Source of the DNA: Nemertoderma westbladi | Lineage: Eukaryota; Animalia; Xenacoelomorpha | DNA length: 64,000 bases | Assembly (NCBI GenBank): GCA_032718475.1 | Contig: JAUCBJ010008420.1 | Span: 1-64,000, forward strand | Reading direction: 5' to 3' | Shown: positions 1 to 11,246 of the stretch, one piece after another | How the letters are laid out: every line of letters begins with the position of its first letter | Numbering within the stretch: position 1 is the stretch's first letter | Notes under the pieces: generated by a model | What the model was told of the DNA's origin: nothing | The model's database searches: none | The model's input: the letters and a program-made list of their open reading frames with translations, nothing else | Made by a program: the position numbers and the translations under genes

Positions 1-2119
1 TGGACTGCTTTATGAGCTGTAATTTCACCTCGCTATCCAGGAATGACATGAGATCAGCGATGGTAGGGTCTCGTTGTTGTTGTTCCATCATATATAACAC
101 CTTCTTGTCCCAGCGTGTACCTACTCCACCCTTGGGCAAAGTAGACGCTAAGGCTCCTACAACCATAGAATTCTGGTATTCATGAGACTTACCTAACCAA
201 TCTAGTTGTCTACAGATCTCCTGAATCTCATCGGAAAACTCTATAATCCCGCTGCTAAGAAACTTTCGGGGCGCCATTAATTTCGCATATAAATACCTAG
301 CTATGTTAGTCCTATTACCATACCTGATGTTTAGTGTATCCCAAACTTGTCTTAATCCGTCTGGATGTCCAATAAACTTTAACGCCATTAACTTGGGAGA
401 TCCTTCCAAGCACTCGATGAGGTATCTAAGTTTTTCTCCATTAGATAGTACAGAGTTCTGTATGTTATCTTTGTAATATTCATTAAAAGGTAACCATTTC
501 ATCTCATCTCCATTGAACTTGACGATCTCTCCAACCTTTACCGCTTGCCGGGCTTCGGTTCTAGCCATTTGACGCGTAAAACTTTCTTGGGCCATCGTGC
601 TATTTAATATCGAGTTATCGGTATATAAATTTCTCGGATTATGATCAGTTCTATAGGGAATATCATTATCAACAGGTCTATAATTACCCTTAATAGGGTT
701 CACTATAGGAGTTTCTACTTCGCTAGCAGTATATATGCGTGTAGGCTCCACACCTTGCGCATGCAATACTTCAGACCTAACAGGTTGACACATTGTTACA
801 GAGGGTGGTGGTATACCCTTTTGGGTATTTACTAATTTATCGCGTTCAAGCGCGATACTTTGCTGCACTTCTTGCAACTCTAGCCTACTTTCCCTTACTG
901 TGCCCTTGAATTGCTGGACAGTCTCCTGCATCTGCCCGAGCAGGATATCCATCCCCCGCCGTCTCTCGTCCACCCATTCGACCGCCGAAGCGGGAGTCGC
1001 CAACGTTGTAGCGGGCGGACGAGGGACAACGGGCGACAAATTGTGAATATTTCGCTCGGGGTCCAGGACCTGAACTGTCTCTTGGGCAGTTCTGCAGGGC
1101 ACAGGTAGCTTAGTGCTATGCAGAGGGAATTTAGATGTAGTTTCAGGGAGCACATGCGTGTCTATCACCGAAGGGGTGATTTCAAGAACAGGCCTAATTA
1201 TTTCAGGCTCATCTACTATAGTAGGGAGTCTTTCTATTTTAATTATTTGGTCTGTGGGCTCTGTACTACCTACTTTGGTGTTATTTAGTTGCCTTCTAAC
1301 AGCTGGAGGCAAATCAGGCAATTTCTGCCGGTGGAATGTTCTTTTACGTCTGCTTAGGCGAGATCGATTTCCTCCGCCTTCGGTGTCGGTGGTATCGCCT
1401 TCCTCAGATGATGTATACCCCTGTCTCTTGGGAGTAGATCGACTCATCATCTGCATATTGCTCGCTGTTAACTGTTTATTGAAGTTGTCTTGCCTCTCTT
1501 GAAGATTTTCCAACTCTCGTTGGGTTGCCTCTTCAGATGCCCTCCGTTCTGCTTCTGCCACTGCCTCTGCTGTTTTTCTTTCGGCTTCTGCCGCTGCCAC
1601 TGCTGCTGCCGCTTTCCTTTCCGCTTCGGCCTCTGCCACTGCCACTGCTGCTGCTGCTTTCCTTTCCGCTTCGGCTTCTGCCACTGCTGCCTTTCTTTCC
1701 GCTTCGGCTTCTGCCACTGCTGCCTTTCTTTCCGCTTCTGCCTCTGCCACTGCTGCTGCTGCCTTTCTTTCCGCTTCTGCCTCTGCCACTGCTGCTGCCA
1801 CTGCCGCTGCCTTTCTATCTTCTATACGTTTTTTCTTTACTTGTTCTTCTTGGTCTCTAGCGATGCGGAGTTGTTCATCGAATTTAGCTTGGTTCGCCGC
1901 TAACCTATCCACATCAATTGCATCCAACACACGCTGGGCTCCTTCACTATTAGGGCTAAGCCCATCTAGTCTTCTCCGCAACTCTTCATCACCTACGAAA
2001 CGCTGATAGTCTGACAGATAGATGTCAATGGCATCCCTCTTATGCGGTTTCTCTGCTGTCACTTCGCTCTCGGTTGTATCTAGTAGACTGTCTGACAGGT
2101 TCTGCTTTGCGTCAGACAT
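1..2119 (-). CDS. Bel/Pao LTR-retrotransposon gag (N-terminal part of polyprotein, runs off the window edge)
   Basis: ATG at 2119 (MSDAKQNLSDSLL...) is in frame with a DUF1759-like segment at about 550-300: VKFNGDEMKWLPFNEYYKDNIQNSVLSNGEKLRYLIECLEGSPKLMALKF...QVWDTLNIRYGN. No stop seen in the parts translated. It is missing from the ORF track, consistent with no stop inside the window. Confidence 0.8.
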   Translation of the reverse strand, partial: MSDAKQNLSDSLLDTTESEVTAEKPHKRDAIDIYLSDYQRFVGDEELRRRLDGLSPNSEGAQRVLDAIDVDRLAANQAKFDEQLRIARDQEEQVKKKRIEDRKAAAVAAAVAEAEAERKAAAAVAEAEAERKAAVAEAEAERKAAVAEAEAERKAAAAVAVAEAEAERKAAAAVAAAEAERKTAEAVAEAERRASEEATQRELENLQERQDNFNKQLTASNMQMMSRSTPKRQGYTSSEEGDTTDTEGGGNRSRLSRRKRTFHRQKLPDLPPAVRRQLNNTKVGSTEPTDQIIKIERLPTIVDEPEIIRPVLEITPSVIDTHVLPETTSKFPLHSTKLPVPCRTAQETVQVLDPERNIHNLSPVVPRPPATTLATPASAVEWVDERRRGMDILLGQMQETVQQFKGTVRESRLELQEVQQSIALERDKLVNTQKGIPPPSVTMCQPVRSEVLHAQGVEPTRIYTASEVETPIVNPIKGNYRPVDNDIPYRTDHNPRNLYTDNSILNSTMAQESFTRQMARTEARQAVKVGEIVKFNGDEMKWLPFNEYYKDNIQNSVLSNGEKLRYLIECLEGSPKLMALKFIGHPDGLRQVWDTLNIRYGNRTNIARYLYAKLMAPRKFLSSGIIEFSDEIQEICRQLDWLGKSHEYQNSMVVGALASTLPKGGVGTRWDKKVLYMMEQQQRDPTIADLMSFLDSEVKLQLIKQS
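1545..1815 (-). repeat. Coding minisatellite in gag encoding (AEAERKAAAV)n charged Ala-rich helix
   Basis: Repeated ttccgcttc(t/g)gc...ctgccactgctg units. The plus-strand Cys/Leu-rich ORFs at 1490 and 1525 are shadows of this repeat. Confidence 0.85.
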
Positions 2120-2249
2120 GCTTATGTGTACAGTTGAATGTCTACTGCTGTATTACAGTCTGAGCAAGTCTAGTAACTCAGTATTAACTGCTAGCCTAGT
2201 AATTAATTACCGGTACTGCTACTCAGTGTAGCGTGATATATAATATATT

Positions 2250-2505
2250 AGAATACCGGTATGCTTATAGTATATATAACTATTATTACAGACTAGGTTT
2301 ATCACCGAATACCGGTATAATTTTAGCACAAATATATATAAATATATAATAGGCCTATCGTGGATACCGGTATGCAGTTTACACTTATAGTGTATATATA
2401 TAAGTATAATTACAGACTAGAATTAATTACAGAATACCGGTATGATTTCAACCTAAAATTTATAGAAATAAATATAATAAGCCTATTGTAGATACCGGTA
2501 TGTCA
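2250..2505. repeat. Degenerate ~60-bp tandem repeats carrying ATACCGGTAT in the retroelement leader
   Basis: ataccggtat recurs near 2253, 2309, 2365, 2433 and 2493. Confidence 0.65.
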
Positions 2506-3484
2506 ATTATTTTAGAATAATTGAATTTCTGAACTTTAGGGTTACTTGGTTACTTTAACTTACTTTATTACCGTTATTTAAGCAGTAGTCCAACTGATAT
2601 TGAGACCTAATTGTTGTATGGCAGGCCTACTATTTATAAATCGTTTGAGTTGATTTATAATATATATATATATACCCTGATAAGGGGTTTTGTTACAATA
2701 TTGAAATAGATGTTATTATTTCATGGGGTAATCACTACACAAAGCGGTGCGCTTTCAGTGAAGTGTTACGTATAGGACACTAAAACAAATAATTCTAATT
2801 TACCTAAGTTACTTAATACTACAAATTACGTACAATTCGGGTTGAGATTACAATCTCTAAATAAACACAAAAATTTACAAAAAACACAAATACGAAATTT
2901 TAGGGTAATTTTACAAGAAGTCTACAAACCAGCCTAACAAAGGGTTAGAAAACTGGTTATTACAACGGACAGGATACTACGGTATTTGAAATAATAAGTA
3001 GTAGTAAATACACTGCGTTGTCCAGATAGGAAAATACCACCGCCTGACGACCTATAGCCGTATCGCTATAGGTTCTACGTTATGTATCACGGAGTGTTCC
3101 TACCTAGAAGTTAATAGAGCTAATCGAATGTGCCTATCAACCACTTTACAACACAAATATAATGCCTACACTAATTACTTCGGAAAGTACTGTACACTAA
3201 ACCCTAAATTAGGTACGAGTACTTGTACAACAGATAATCAGTAGTTAAATATACTTGAACAGCTAAAAGAACCACGGCATCTGCTGGAGTGACCGATGCA
3301 CAAAATCACCAGTCTTTACCTACGCCGAGCAGCCCGTATAGTACCGGGGTTAATTTAACTATAGCGGTATGTATAACAAACACAATTACTGTAGGAACAA
3401 ACTTAGGGAATGAATGTTGCGGATAATCGCATAAACTCTGAATAATAAATATTACGCTACGCGTACAAACTACTCAAACAAAAT

Positions 3485-4015
3485 ACAGACCGAACACTGA
3501 CAGACTACTATCAAGCCTAAACAAACTACGGTATATGCAGACTCCGAAATGATTAGGGAGTATGCGCTCTAACCCAGTAGTGCGACTTATTCTTTAGTTG
3601 GGGGTTTACCTTACAGCGTTCGCTGCCCCTACTTCCTAACCGTACTTAATCGGACAGATGATCTACACACGCGGCAATCCGTTAAGACCTAATAACAGCC
3701 AGACAACTATCCAGCCTACAAATTATCTAAATAAAATTATACGCTACCCGTACAGACTTACACAAACAAAGTACAGACTAAACGATGGCAGACTACTCTC
3801 AAGCCTAAATAAACTACAGGACATGCAGACTCCGAAATGATTAGGGAGTATGCGCTCTAACCCAGTAGTGCGACTTATTCTTTAGTTGGGGGTTTACCTC
3901 ACTGCGTTCGCTGCCCCTACTTCCTAATCGTACTTAATCGGACAGGTGATCTACACACACTGCAATCCGTTCGGACTTAACAGCAATCAGACAACAGCTC
4001 AGCCTACAAATCGTC
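3485..4015. repeat. Two ~288-bp tandem copies in the retroelement 5' leader
   Basis: actccgaaatgattagggagtatgcgctctaacccagtagtgcgacttattctttagttgggggtttacc is identical at 3541 and 3829. Confidence 0.9.
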
Positions 4016-4422
4016 TGTACAATCTGATCAGGTTTACACGCCTTCTGTTCAATACTGGCCTACAAACAAATAAAACTGACAGAAATAAGTAAGCTCCAAA
4101 AGAAACAAGGGGTGTACAGTCCCTAATCTCTTAAACAGCCTACCGGTATACAACAATCAAATCGAATAATACTAGTGTACTTATACGGCAGTACCGGTTC
4201 TAGCGGTTGGGCCTACTGACCTACAGGTGTACTGTTCAGGTTTACCGGTTGACCGGTACTTTCAACTTTATTGCTTACTGCAATAAAGAAGCTATATCCT
4301 TTAATGTTCGCGCTTTCAGACCTTTGGCAGTTTAACCCGCCAAATTAGGATGTCTTCTAGATATTAAATCGGTTTTTAGTCTATGACAAGTATTTGATTC
4401 ACTACACTAGTCGAAACCAATC

Positions 4423-5455
4423 TGTGCGCGATCATTCACCCGCTGGATATTCCCGGGAGATTGGGTTCGACGGTTTAATTTTATTGCTATGTAAGCCTAA
4501 TGTATTATTCGACTGACAGTATTATATAATCTCTGACAATATTATTCACCTTCGGGAAATATTAACAGTTCCTTTAGGACGTGGCGCTTTATCTATATAA
4601 ACAGAGTTATGACTTAAACTACTCACAACGATATGGCTTAATTATAATTCACATATATGGCGCATTCTTTGGGAATTGCTTCTTTAACAGACTCACTCAT
4701 ACACAATGCTGCACAATACTGCACACTAATCTGCCAATCTTCACTGATTTTAATCACATATAAAAGGAACACAGACTGACTCATGTAGGGTCTATCAAAT
4801 AACATTAGATTCACTTCAAACCACTTTAACATAAGTCACAATCGTTTATCTGTAACCCTTCTCTCTTACCTTCGGTATATCAAGAATATTGGGTTTCGGG
4901 GTTATTTATCGTTATTCCAAATATAATTATTCATCAACCATATTATGAAGAACTGACGTTAAATAGCAGTATAAAACAACAATGAAAACACTGATTGTTA
5001 TGAGTTTGCAATGTTTCAGCAGTCAGCATGTATGATCAGTCAGCAGTCCGCAGTTAAAGGATATATGCCCTTTATAATTAAACCTACTAGTGTAAGACTA
5101 AAAAACAGTAAAGCACAAAATACTTCCAAGCCGTTCTTTCTTTGGCTCAGGACTGAATGTAAACACTGCACATAGGCATTGCGTCATTTCTCAGAAATTT
5201 TCTGTACAAGGAGCCACAAAAACGCTCTAATTGGCTGACTGAACTGAGAGACGCCGTAGAACAAAGGAAATCAACACGTATGAATGTCAGCTGTTAACCG
5301 TAGTCATAGTAACTACTGTTCAAGAGTAGCTATCACCCCTTTGCGTCACGAATTGCCATAGAATCATAAAACATGCCCCCCACAGTACACATACGGAGGA
5401 AACAGGTCTCAGATCCTCCAAAAACACCGATACAGCAATAATACGGTCTCTTACA
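4423..5455 (-). mobile_element. Candidate 5' LTR of the Bel/Pao element
   Basis: Minus strand starts TGTAAGAG at 5455, has a TATA-like motif (~4595) and AATAAA (~4485), and ends ...GCACA at 4423 followed by GAT-TGG. The PBS tRNA is not identified and the 3' LTR is outside the window. Confidence 0.35.
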
Positions 5456-5527
5456 CTTATTAAATCAACTACAGAGTATTTTAATGTAAAAGATAATAAA
5501 AATAACGGGGCAATTCAGCAAAGGCTT

Positions 5528-5915
5528 TTACAACAGTGTTCGATATTCCGCAGACAAAGCTATGTTGGTCGATGTTCCCCCAGACAAAGTTATGATTGTC
5601 GATGTTCCCCTAGACAAAGCTATGATGGTCGATGTTCCTACAGACATAGCTACGATTGTCGATGTTCCCCTAGACAAGGCTACAGTGTTCGATGATCCCG
5701 CAGACAAAGCTATGTTGGTCGATGTTCCCCCAGACAAATCTACGAGTGTCAATGTTCCTGCAGACATAGCTACGATTGTCGATGTTCCCCCAGACAAGGC
5801 TACAGTGTTCGATATTCCCGCAGACAAAGCTATGTTGGTCGATGTTCCCCCAGACAAAGCTACGATTGTCGATGTTCCCCCAGAAAAAGCTACAGTGTTC
5901 GATGTTCCCCCCAGT
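5528..5915 (+). repeat. 30-bp in-frame minisatellite (VDVPPDKATI-like decapeptide, ~13 copies), with degenerate copies at 6040-6150
   Basis: gatgttcccccagacaaagctacgattgtc units; translated in ORF 5562..6419. Confidence 0.9.
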
Positions 5916-7553
5916 CAAGCAATATATTTATGTAAAGAACTTCTATATGAAATCAATAGTAACATAGAAAGTGAGTGTGACAACTGTTGTATCAATGTGT
6001 CAAATTTTTATGGGTTTTCTTTGGACAGTATGGTTTGTGATATGCCCCTGGACAAAGCTACTATTGTAGATGTTCCTCCAGCCAGTGCTATGATGGTTGA
6101 TGTTCCCCCTGACGTAGCTGCGATGGTCCAAGTTCCCCCAGAGAATGCTATGGCGAGGAAATCTAGAAATAAAGAACCTCTGTATGGACTCGATGAGAAC
6201 ATAGAAAGTGACTGCGATGACTCCTATTTAGATGAAGATTACTCACCTTCAGAATATAGTTATTTGTCTGATTCTGAGTTTTTTGAGGATTATGATATTT
6301 TTCAAGGTTCACCTTCTCAGAGTAATAATTTTGAAGAAGGAGACGATAACATAGAATGTGTACCTGAAGATTTTATTGTGGATGGGCACCACCAGAAGAT
6401 GATGGTGTTGTTAATGTAAGCATAAAGCACTAAAAGTGCAAGAGACTGATAGTAAAGAAGAATCGGAATTCAGGCCAACCGTATTTGAGCGAGAAGTCCC
6501 GTAAAGAGTTTAGTTCTCGTCGTGTCCTTGGTACAAGATGTAACTGCGCCCTTCGCAACACCAAGGAAATTAAAGACTGTAGGTTAGTTAATGAGGAAGT
6601 TCGCAAGAATCTTATGGAATCGTTTTATGATCTTGGCAGTTTAGAGGAGCAGCGTAAATATATATTGCGCCATGTTAGATCTACATCACTTTGTGAACCA
6701 AAGGGGAAAAAGAAACAAACTCTTAATTACACACTATTTAAAGATGGTGAATACGTTTCTGTTTGCAAACAACAAAACTTTTAATATAAGCGAGAAATTT
6801 GTTTATACAACCATCAAGAAGCTGTCCGCAGATGGTGTCTTGGAAGGGGAGAAACGAGGTGGTCGAGTAGCATCTCTAAAAGTGAAAGATGAGTTTCTTG
6901 AAACAAGAACAAGTGAGCATATTGATAGATTTCCAAAGGTCGATGCACATTATACCAGGAAAGATTCCAAGAAGAATTATTTATCGGAGGATCTTTGTGT
7001 TCCAAAGATGTTCAGAATGTATAAAGCTGAAGAAAAGAGAGCAGGAAATCCTGCTGCTTCCTTTAGTAAATATTATAACGTCTTTCAATCGAAAAACCTA
7101 GCTATCCATCACCCAAAGAAAAATTTGTGTGGTCTTTGCGAAACGCACCGTAGTGCTGTAAAGACCCAAAATATTGTTGGTGGTGAGATTAATGCTGAGC
7201 TGAAAGAAGAGTACGAGCAGCACACTAGTGAAAAGTTGAAATATAGAGAGATAAAAGAGGATTTAACAAAAAGAGCAAAAGCTGATGAATGTAACCAAAT
7301 CGCCGCAGCTTCATTTGACCTTGAGCAGGTCATTTACCTTCCAAAATCCAACAGGGCGGAAATCTTTTATAAGAGACGTTTAGCAAATTATAGTTTTACA
7401 ATTTATAATCTGGCTTCAAAAGACGTACATTGCTATTTGTGGCATGAAGCAGTCGCTCAGCGGGGATCGAATGAAATCTCATCATTTCTTAATAAGTGGC
7501 TTCATTTCCAAGATGGTAGGGGAGTGACAGTGTTGTATGATGAGAGTATTTAA
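5562..7553 (+). pseudogene. Frameshifted Sola-like DNA transposase
   Basis: Consecutive ORFs 5562-6419, 6485-6784 and 6672-7553 carry HIDRFPKVDAHYTR, HPKKNLCGLCE and FDLEQVIYLP...FYKRRLANYSFTIY...CYLWHEAVAQRGSNEISSFL. Subterminal gacgaa/ttcgtc motifs run to about 8131. Confidence 0.7.
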
Positions 7554-8149
7554 CATTGGAAGTAAGTGTGGCATCATCTCTGCCTTATATTAACAGCAAA
7601 GAGAGCGAGAGTGGAGCCTTTGGATTGCCTTTAGTGTTTTGTGTTTCACGTCCAACAATAACTTTAATACTTTACAATATGAGCACAGTGTTGTACCCAC
7701 CCACTTGCATAAAAATAAATGTATCATAAATTTTCTGTCAAGTTCAACTCTACTCTCATTGTTTTGGGCAAATTAGTTAATATTGCATATTGAAATATAA
7801 ATAAAACATCAATATAACAATATTAGTAAGGTTTCTTACATTTTAGTTCATATTTTTATAAACATTAATAGGTCGTATTACAAGATAATCATTGACTAAC
7901 TTTTTGACGAACAGACGTTTTGGAAAATTTTTCTTATACGACCTTTCGTCAAATTAAAATTATTTAGAAATACCATATAAGGCCGTTTGCTTTTTACTGT
8001 ATAGTGTTTAATACTGAAGATATGAATACGACCTTTTGTCAAAACATAGTTCCACCTTTTATGAACTCAAATACCCAATAAAGTCAAAATCGCAAAAGTT
8101 GCCAATGCGACTGTTCGTCATGGTGCCATCGAAGTAAGAGTTCTCAAAC

Positions 8150-8343
8150 TTGTATTTTTCGGCGATGGGTGAAAAGTTTTGTGCCATCACCAATTTTTTT
8201 AAAATAAGCAGATTCTTGCCTTATACGGGTTTATGAGGGTCCTGAAACCGATAGAATCAATAAAAACAGCACTGGATATCTCAAACGAACGGGTCAATAT
8301 GACCCCCCGGTATTTGTACAACATTTAGCCCGGTACTATTAGG
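8150..8343 (-). mobile_element. End of a piggyBac-like MITE (same family as 10052-10296)
   Basis: gggtcaatatgacccccc...gcccggtactattagg|TTAA is the inverse of TTAA|ccctattagtaccgggc at 10052. Confidence 0.6.
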
Positions 8344-8370
8344 TTAACGTTAACCAAACATTAACATTAA

Positions 8371-10047
8371 GGGGGGGGGGGGGGGGGTAGTCGGATTTGG
8401 CAACCTTTTGGTAAGGTAAAATATACCATAGTATATCATTGGATACTAGGACATATATATATATTCTGAAAGGTAATTGGACGGGCTTTCCATTTCTGTG
8501 GTCACACATCTAAAATACTCGCTTCTGATTGGCTAATAGCCAATTAAACGAAATTTTGATTGGTCCGTTCTTAAAATGTATCTCCTCCAACAATTTTGAG
8601 TATTTTGGTCTGAAAATTGGTGAGTACGTGCACTGACTATCCCTTTACAGAATCCTTAGAGGAATTTTTGAATTTCGTTTTCAAAATCATTTTATTGCAC
8701 TTTTTGTGACACGAAGTCATCAAATTTTCATTTTTATAGACTACATAAGCTTTAATCGAACTTTTCTCGAAAACTAGAGCGAAATTCAAAAATCCATCTA
8801 AGGGTTCTGTTCAGGAGAGACAGGGCTTTCAAACAAAAAAAAATTAGCCAAATTGGATAAAGATTGAAGGAGGAGATACATTTTTAGTGACTAAAAGTGT
8901 CCAAAAAATGAAATAGGAGTAAATGACAAAAACAAAATGTCCTTTTTTGAACCTTACCGCGAAAACTGTCTGTGAATATCAAAGAATGTCAGTTTAATAA
9001 TGTCCGTCAGTTAGAATGATAAACTAACAAGAAATTTCGATATAGGGTTTCGGGGTCGGAGATTTCATTTCTGATGTTAATTTTTATGTTTGGCAGAATC
9101 TAGACTGTCTGTCTGTCGGTCTGTATGTCTGTCTGTTTGTCCATCAGTTGTCCGTCTAATTTTAATAAATCACACCAGCTAGCTAAAATTTCCATTGTGG
9201 GGGTTTTCGGGGTCGGGCATTTCATTTCCAATATCAATTTTTATGTTTGATAGAGTCTAGGCTGTCTGTCTGTCGGTCTGTCTGCTAGTTGTCTGTCCGC
9301 TGGTCTGTCCGTCAAAACTGGTTTATATGGCTTCCAGCAAACATGAAAAAGCCAAAATGCATGTAACCTGGTTTATATGGCTTCCAGCAAACATGAAAAA
9401 GCCAAAATTATGTAACCTGGTTTGTATGGCTTCCAGTAAACATCAAAAAAGCCAATCCCCCTGCCCTTCCTGCAACACGTTGACGTCGTGGCAGAGCTTA
9501 AAACTGAATTTGGATACTTCAGTTGAACTAAGGCTGCAGGAAATATCATTTGATGGAATCAGCTAAATCAAATATGTCATATAGAACGAAAAGTGCAATT
9601 AGTGTAAAAAAAACAGCCAAGACTTGGTCAGATTTTTTAATAAGTGCCACCATCGGATTCAGCGACCTGAAAAACCCCACAAGAATTATAAGTGGCGTTA
9701 TAAGACAAAACTCCGAGATTTTGAAATTTTCTATGGTCCGAAAAGTGCAAGTAGTGAAAAAAAAAACAGCCAAGACTTGGTCAGATATTTTAATAAGTGC
9801 CACCATCGGATTCAGCGACCTAAAAAACCCCACAAGAATTATAATTGGTGTAATAAGACAAATCTGTGTGATTTTGACATTTTTTATGGTACGAAAAGTG
9901 CAAGTAGTGAAAAAAGCCAAATATCTCGAAAACGAAAAGTGATATTGCGAAACCGCGTCAAGATTTGAAATCTACATACAATTTCGGTCTTAATGAAATA
10001 ATAAAAAAAAAAATGATTTTTTTTCACCAAATTCGACTACCCCCCCC
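8371..10047. mobile_element. Non-autonomous TTAA-targeting DNA transposon (Kolobok-like, GG termini)
   Basis: TTAA|G-run-GTAGTCGGATTTGG ... CCAAATTCGACTAC-C-run|TTAA. It contains internal 54-bp (9318-9450) and 153-bp (9588-9915) tandem repeats. Confidence 0.75.
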
Positions 10048-10051
10048 TTAA

Positions 10052-10296
10052 CCCTATTAGTACCGGGCTATAACATGTTGTACAAATACCGGGTGGGGGT
10101 CATATTGACACCCTCCCACCCCCCCTCTAAAATCTACAAATATTTACGAAAACGTCTGATTTTTTGTTTGTACGTAGGTATCACTTGTCTGGATCCGACC
10201 GAAAAAAAAAAATTTCGAATTTTCCATTTGTTTCAGAATTATAATAAAAAAACCACGGGAGGGGGTCATATTGACCCCCCACCGGGTTTAATAAGG
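10052..10296. mobile_element. piggyBac-like MITE
   Basis: TTAA|CCCTATTAGTACCGGG ... CCGGGTTTAATAAGG|TTAA. Confidence 0.7.
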
Positions 10297-10419
10297 TTAA
10301 AGCCTGTTAAACATTGGATAACTGTTGGTTACCCACCCAGCCTGTTCAAAAATTGGACAACTGTTCGATAGCCTGTTCAAAGTAAATAGCTGGTAATAAA
10401 AAAAAGTGAATACCTGTTA

Positions 10420-10635
10420 AATACCCGAGTGAAAAACATTTATCACCGGGGTGAAAAATATTTATCAGCGGGGTGAAATACATTTATCACCCAGTGAGAA
10501 TTATTTATCAGCGGGATGAAAAACATTTATTACCCGTTGAAAAACATTTAATACGCGGGTGAAAAATATTTATCACCCGGGTGAAAAACATGTATTACCA
10601 GTGTGAAAAACAATTTTTACCCGGGTGTAAAACAT
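10420..10635. repeat. ~22-bp minisatellite (gtgaaaaacatttatcacccgg), about 10 copies
   Basis: Periodic diverged units visible directly. Confidence 0.85.
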
Positions 10636-10779
10636 ATATATTAAATGTCTTGTATTAAATTACAAACCCATAAGATGCGGGCAAATGGAGGCACAAAGTT
10701 AAAATCAAATAGCATTCATAATTATTAGCATAACAGTAAAATTGACTTATTTATGACTGTTCAGTTCGGGATCAACTTA

Positions 10780-11246
10780 AAAATAAATAAAGTTATATAT
10801 AAAATTTAAAAAGTGTCTAACAAATTTAGACCTTAGCGAGCACGCCCAACTCCCGGTTCCGTACGTAGCAAAGAGTTTAGGTCGCATCGATCAAAAACCT
10901 CAATTAGCTTTGTGGAGCTTCGTTCCGGACAATCGAATAGGAAGTGATGGCCAGTTTCTATTGCTCCGCATATGCAGAGGTTTGACTCTAGGTCGCCGTA
11001 GAGATGCCTCATGTACGCGGTATTGGCCTGCCCGAGGATCAAGCCCAATACAAACGATTCCTGAACTCTACAACATCTCAGATTTATTGGTTCAAGAGGT
11101 GGAGATCCGATATTTTCGGAATTAACGGATTTAGCCACTAACATGTTTCTCCAAAGTTTGCACAAATACTTATCGGTACCGTGTTTCTTAATACGGTTTC
11201 GTGATACATAACTATCAGGTGAAATTTGGTGAAAATAATTCTGCAC
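10780..11246 (-). mobile_element. 3' end of a LINE ORF2 (C-terminal Cys/His motif)
   Basis: ...LGQANTAYMRHLYGDLESNLCICGAIETGHHFLFDCP matches the CxC...ETxxHFLxxCP motif at the C-terminus of LINE ORF2 proteins. Confidence 0.65.

Noticed and set aside
1490-1903. Cys-rich metallothionein-like ORF on the plus strand
   Set aside because: Antisense reading of the gag AEAERKAAAV repeat.
4395-4420. tRNA-Val-like 5' sequence (GTTTCGACTAGTGTAGTG on the minus strand)
   Set aside because: No B box or cloverleaf follows; short chance similarity.
7531-7695. Possible solo LTR (TGTTG...CAACA) truncating the Sola ORF
   Set aside because: Boundaries are ambiguous and there is no consistent TSD.
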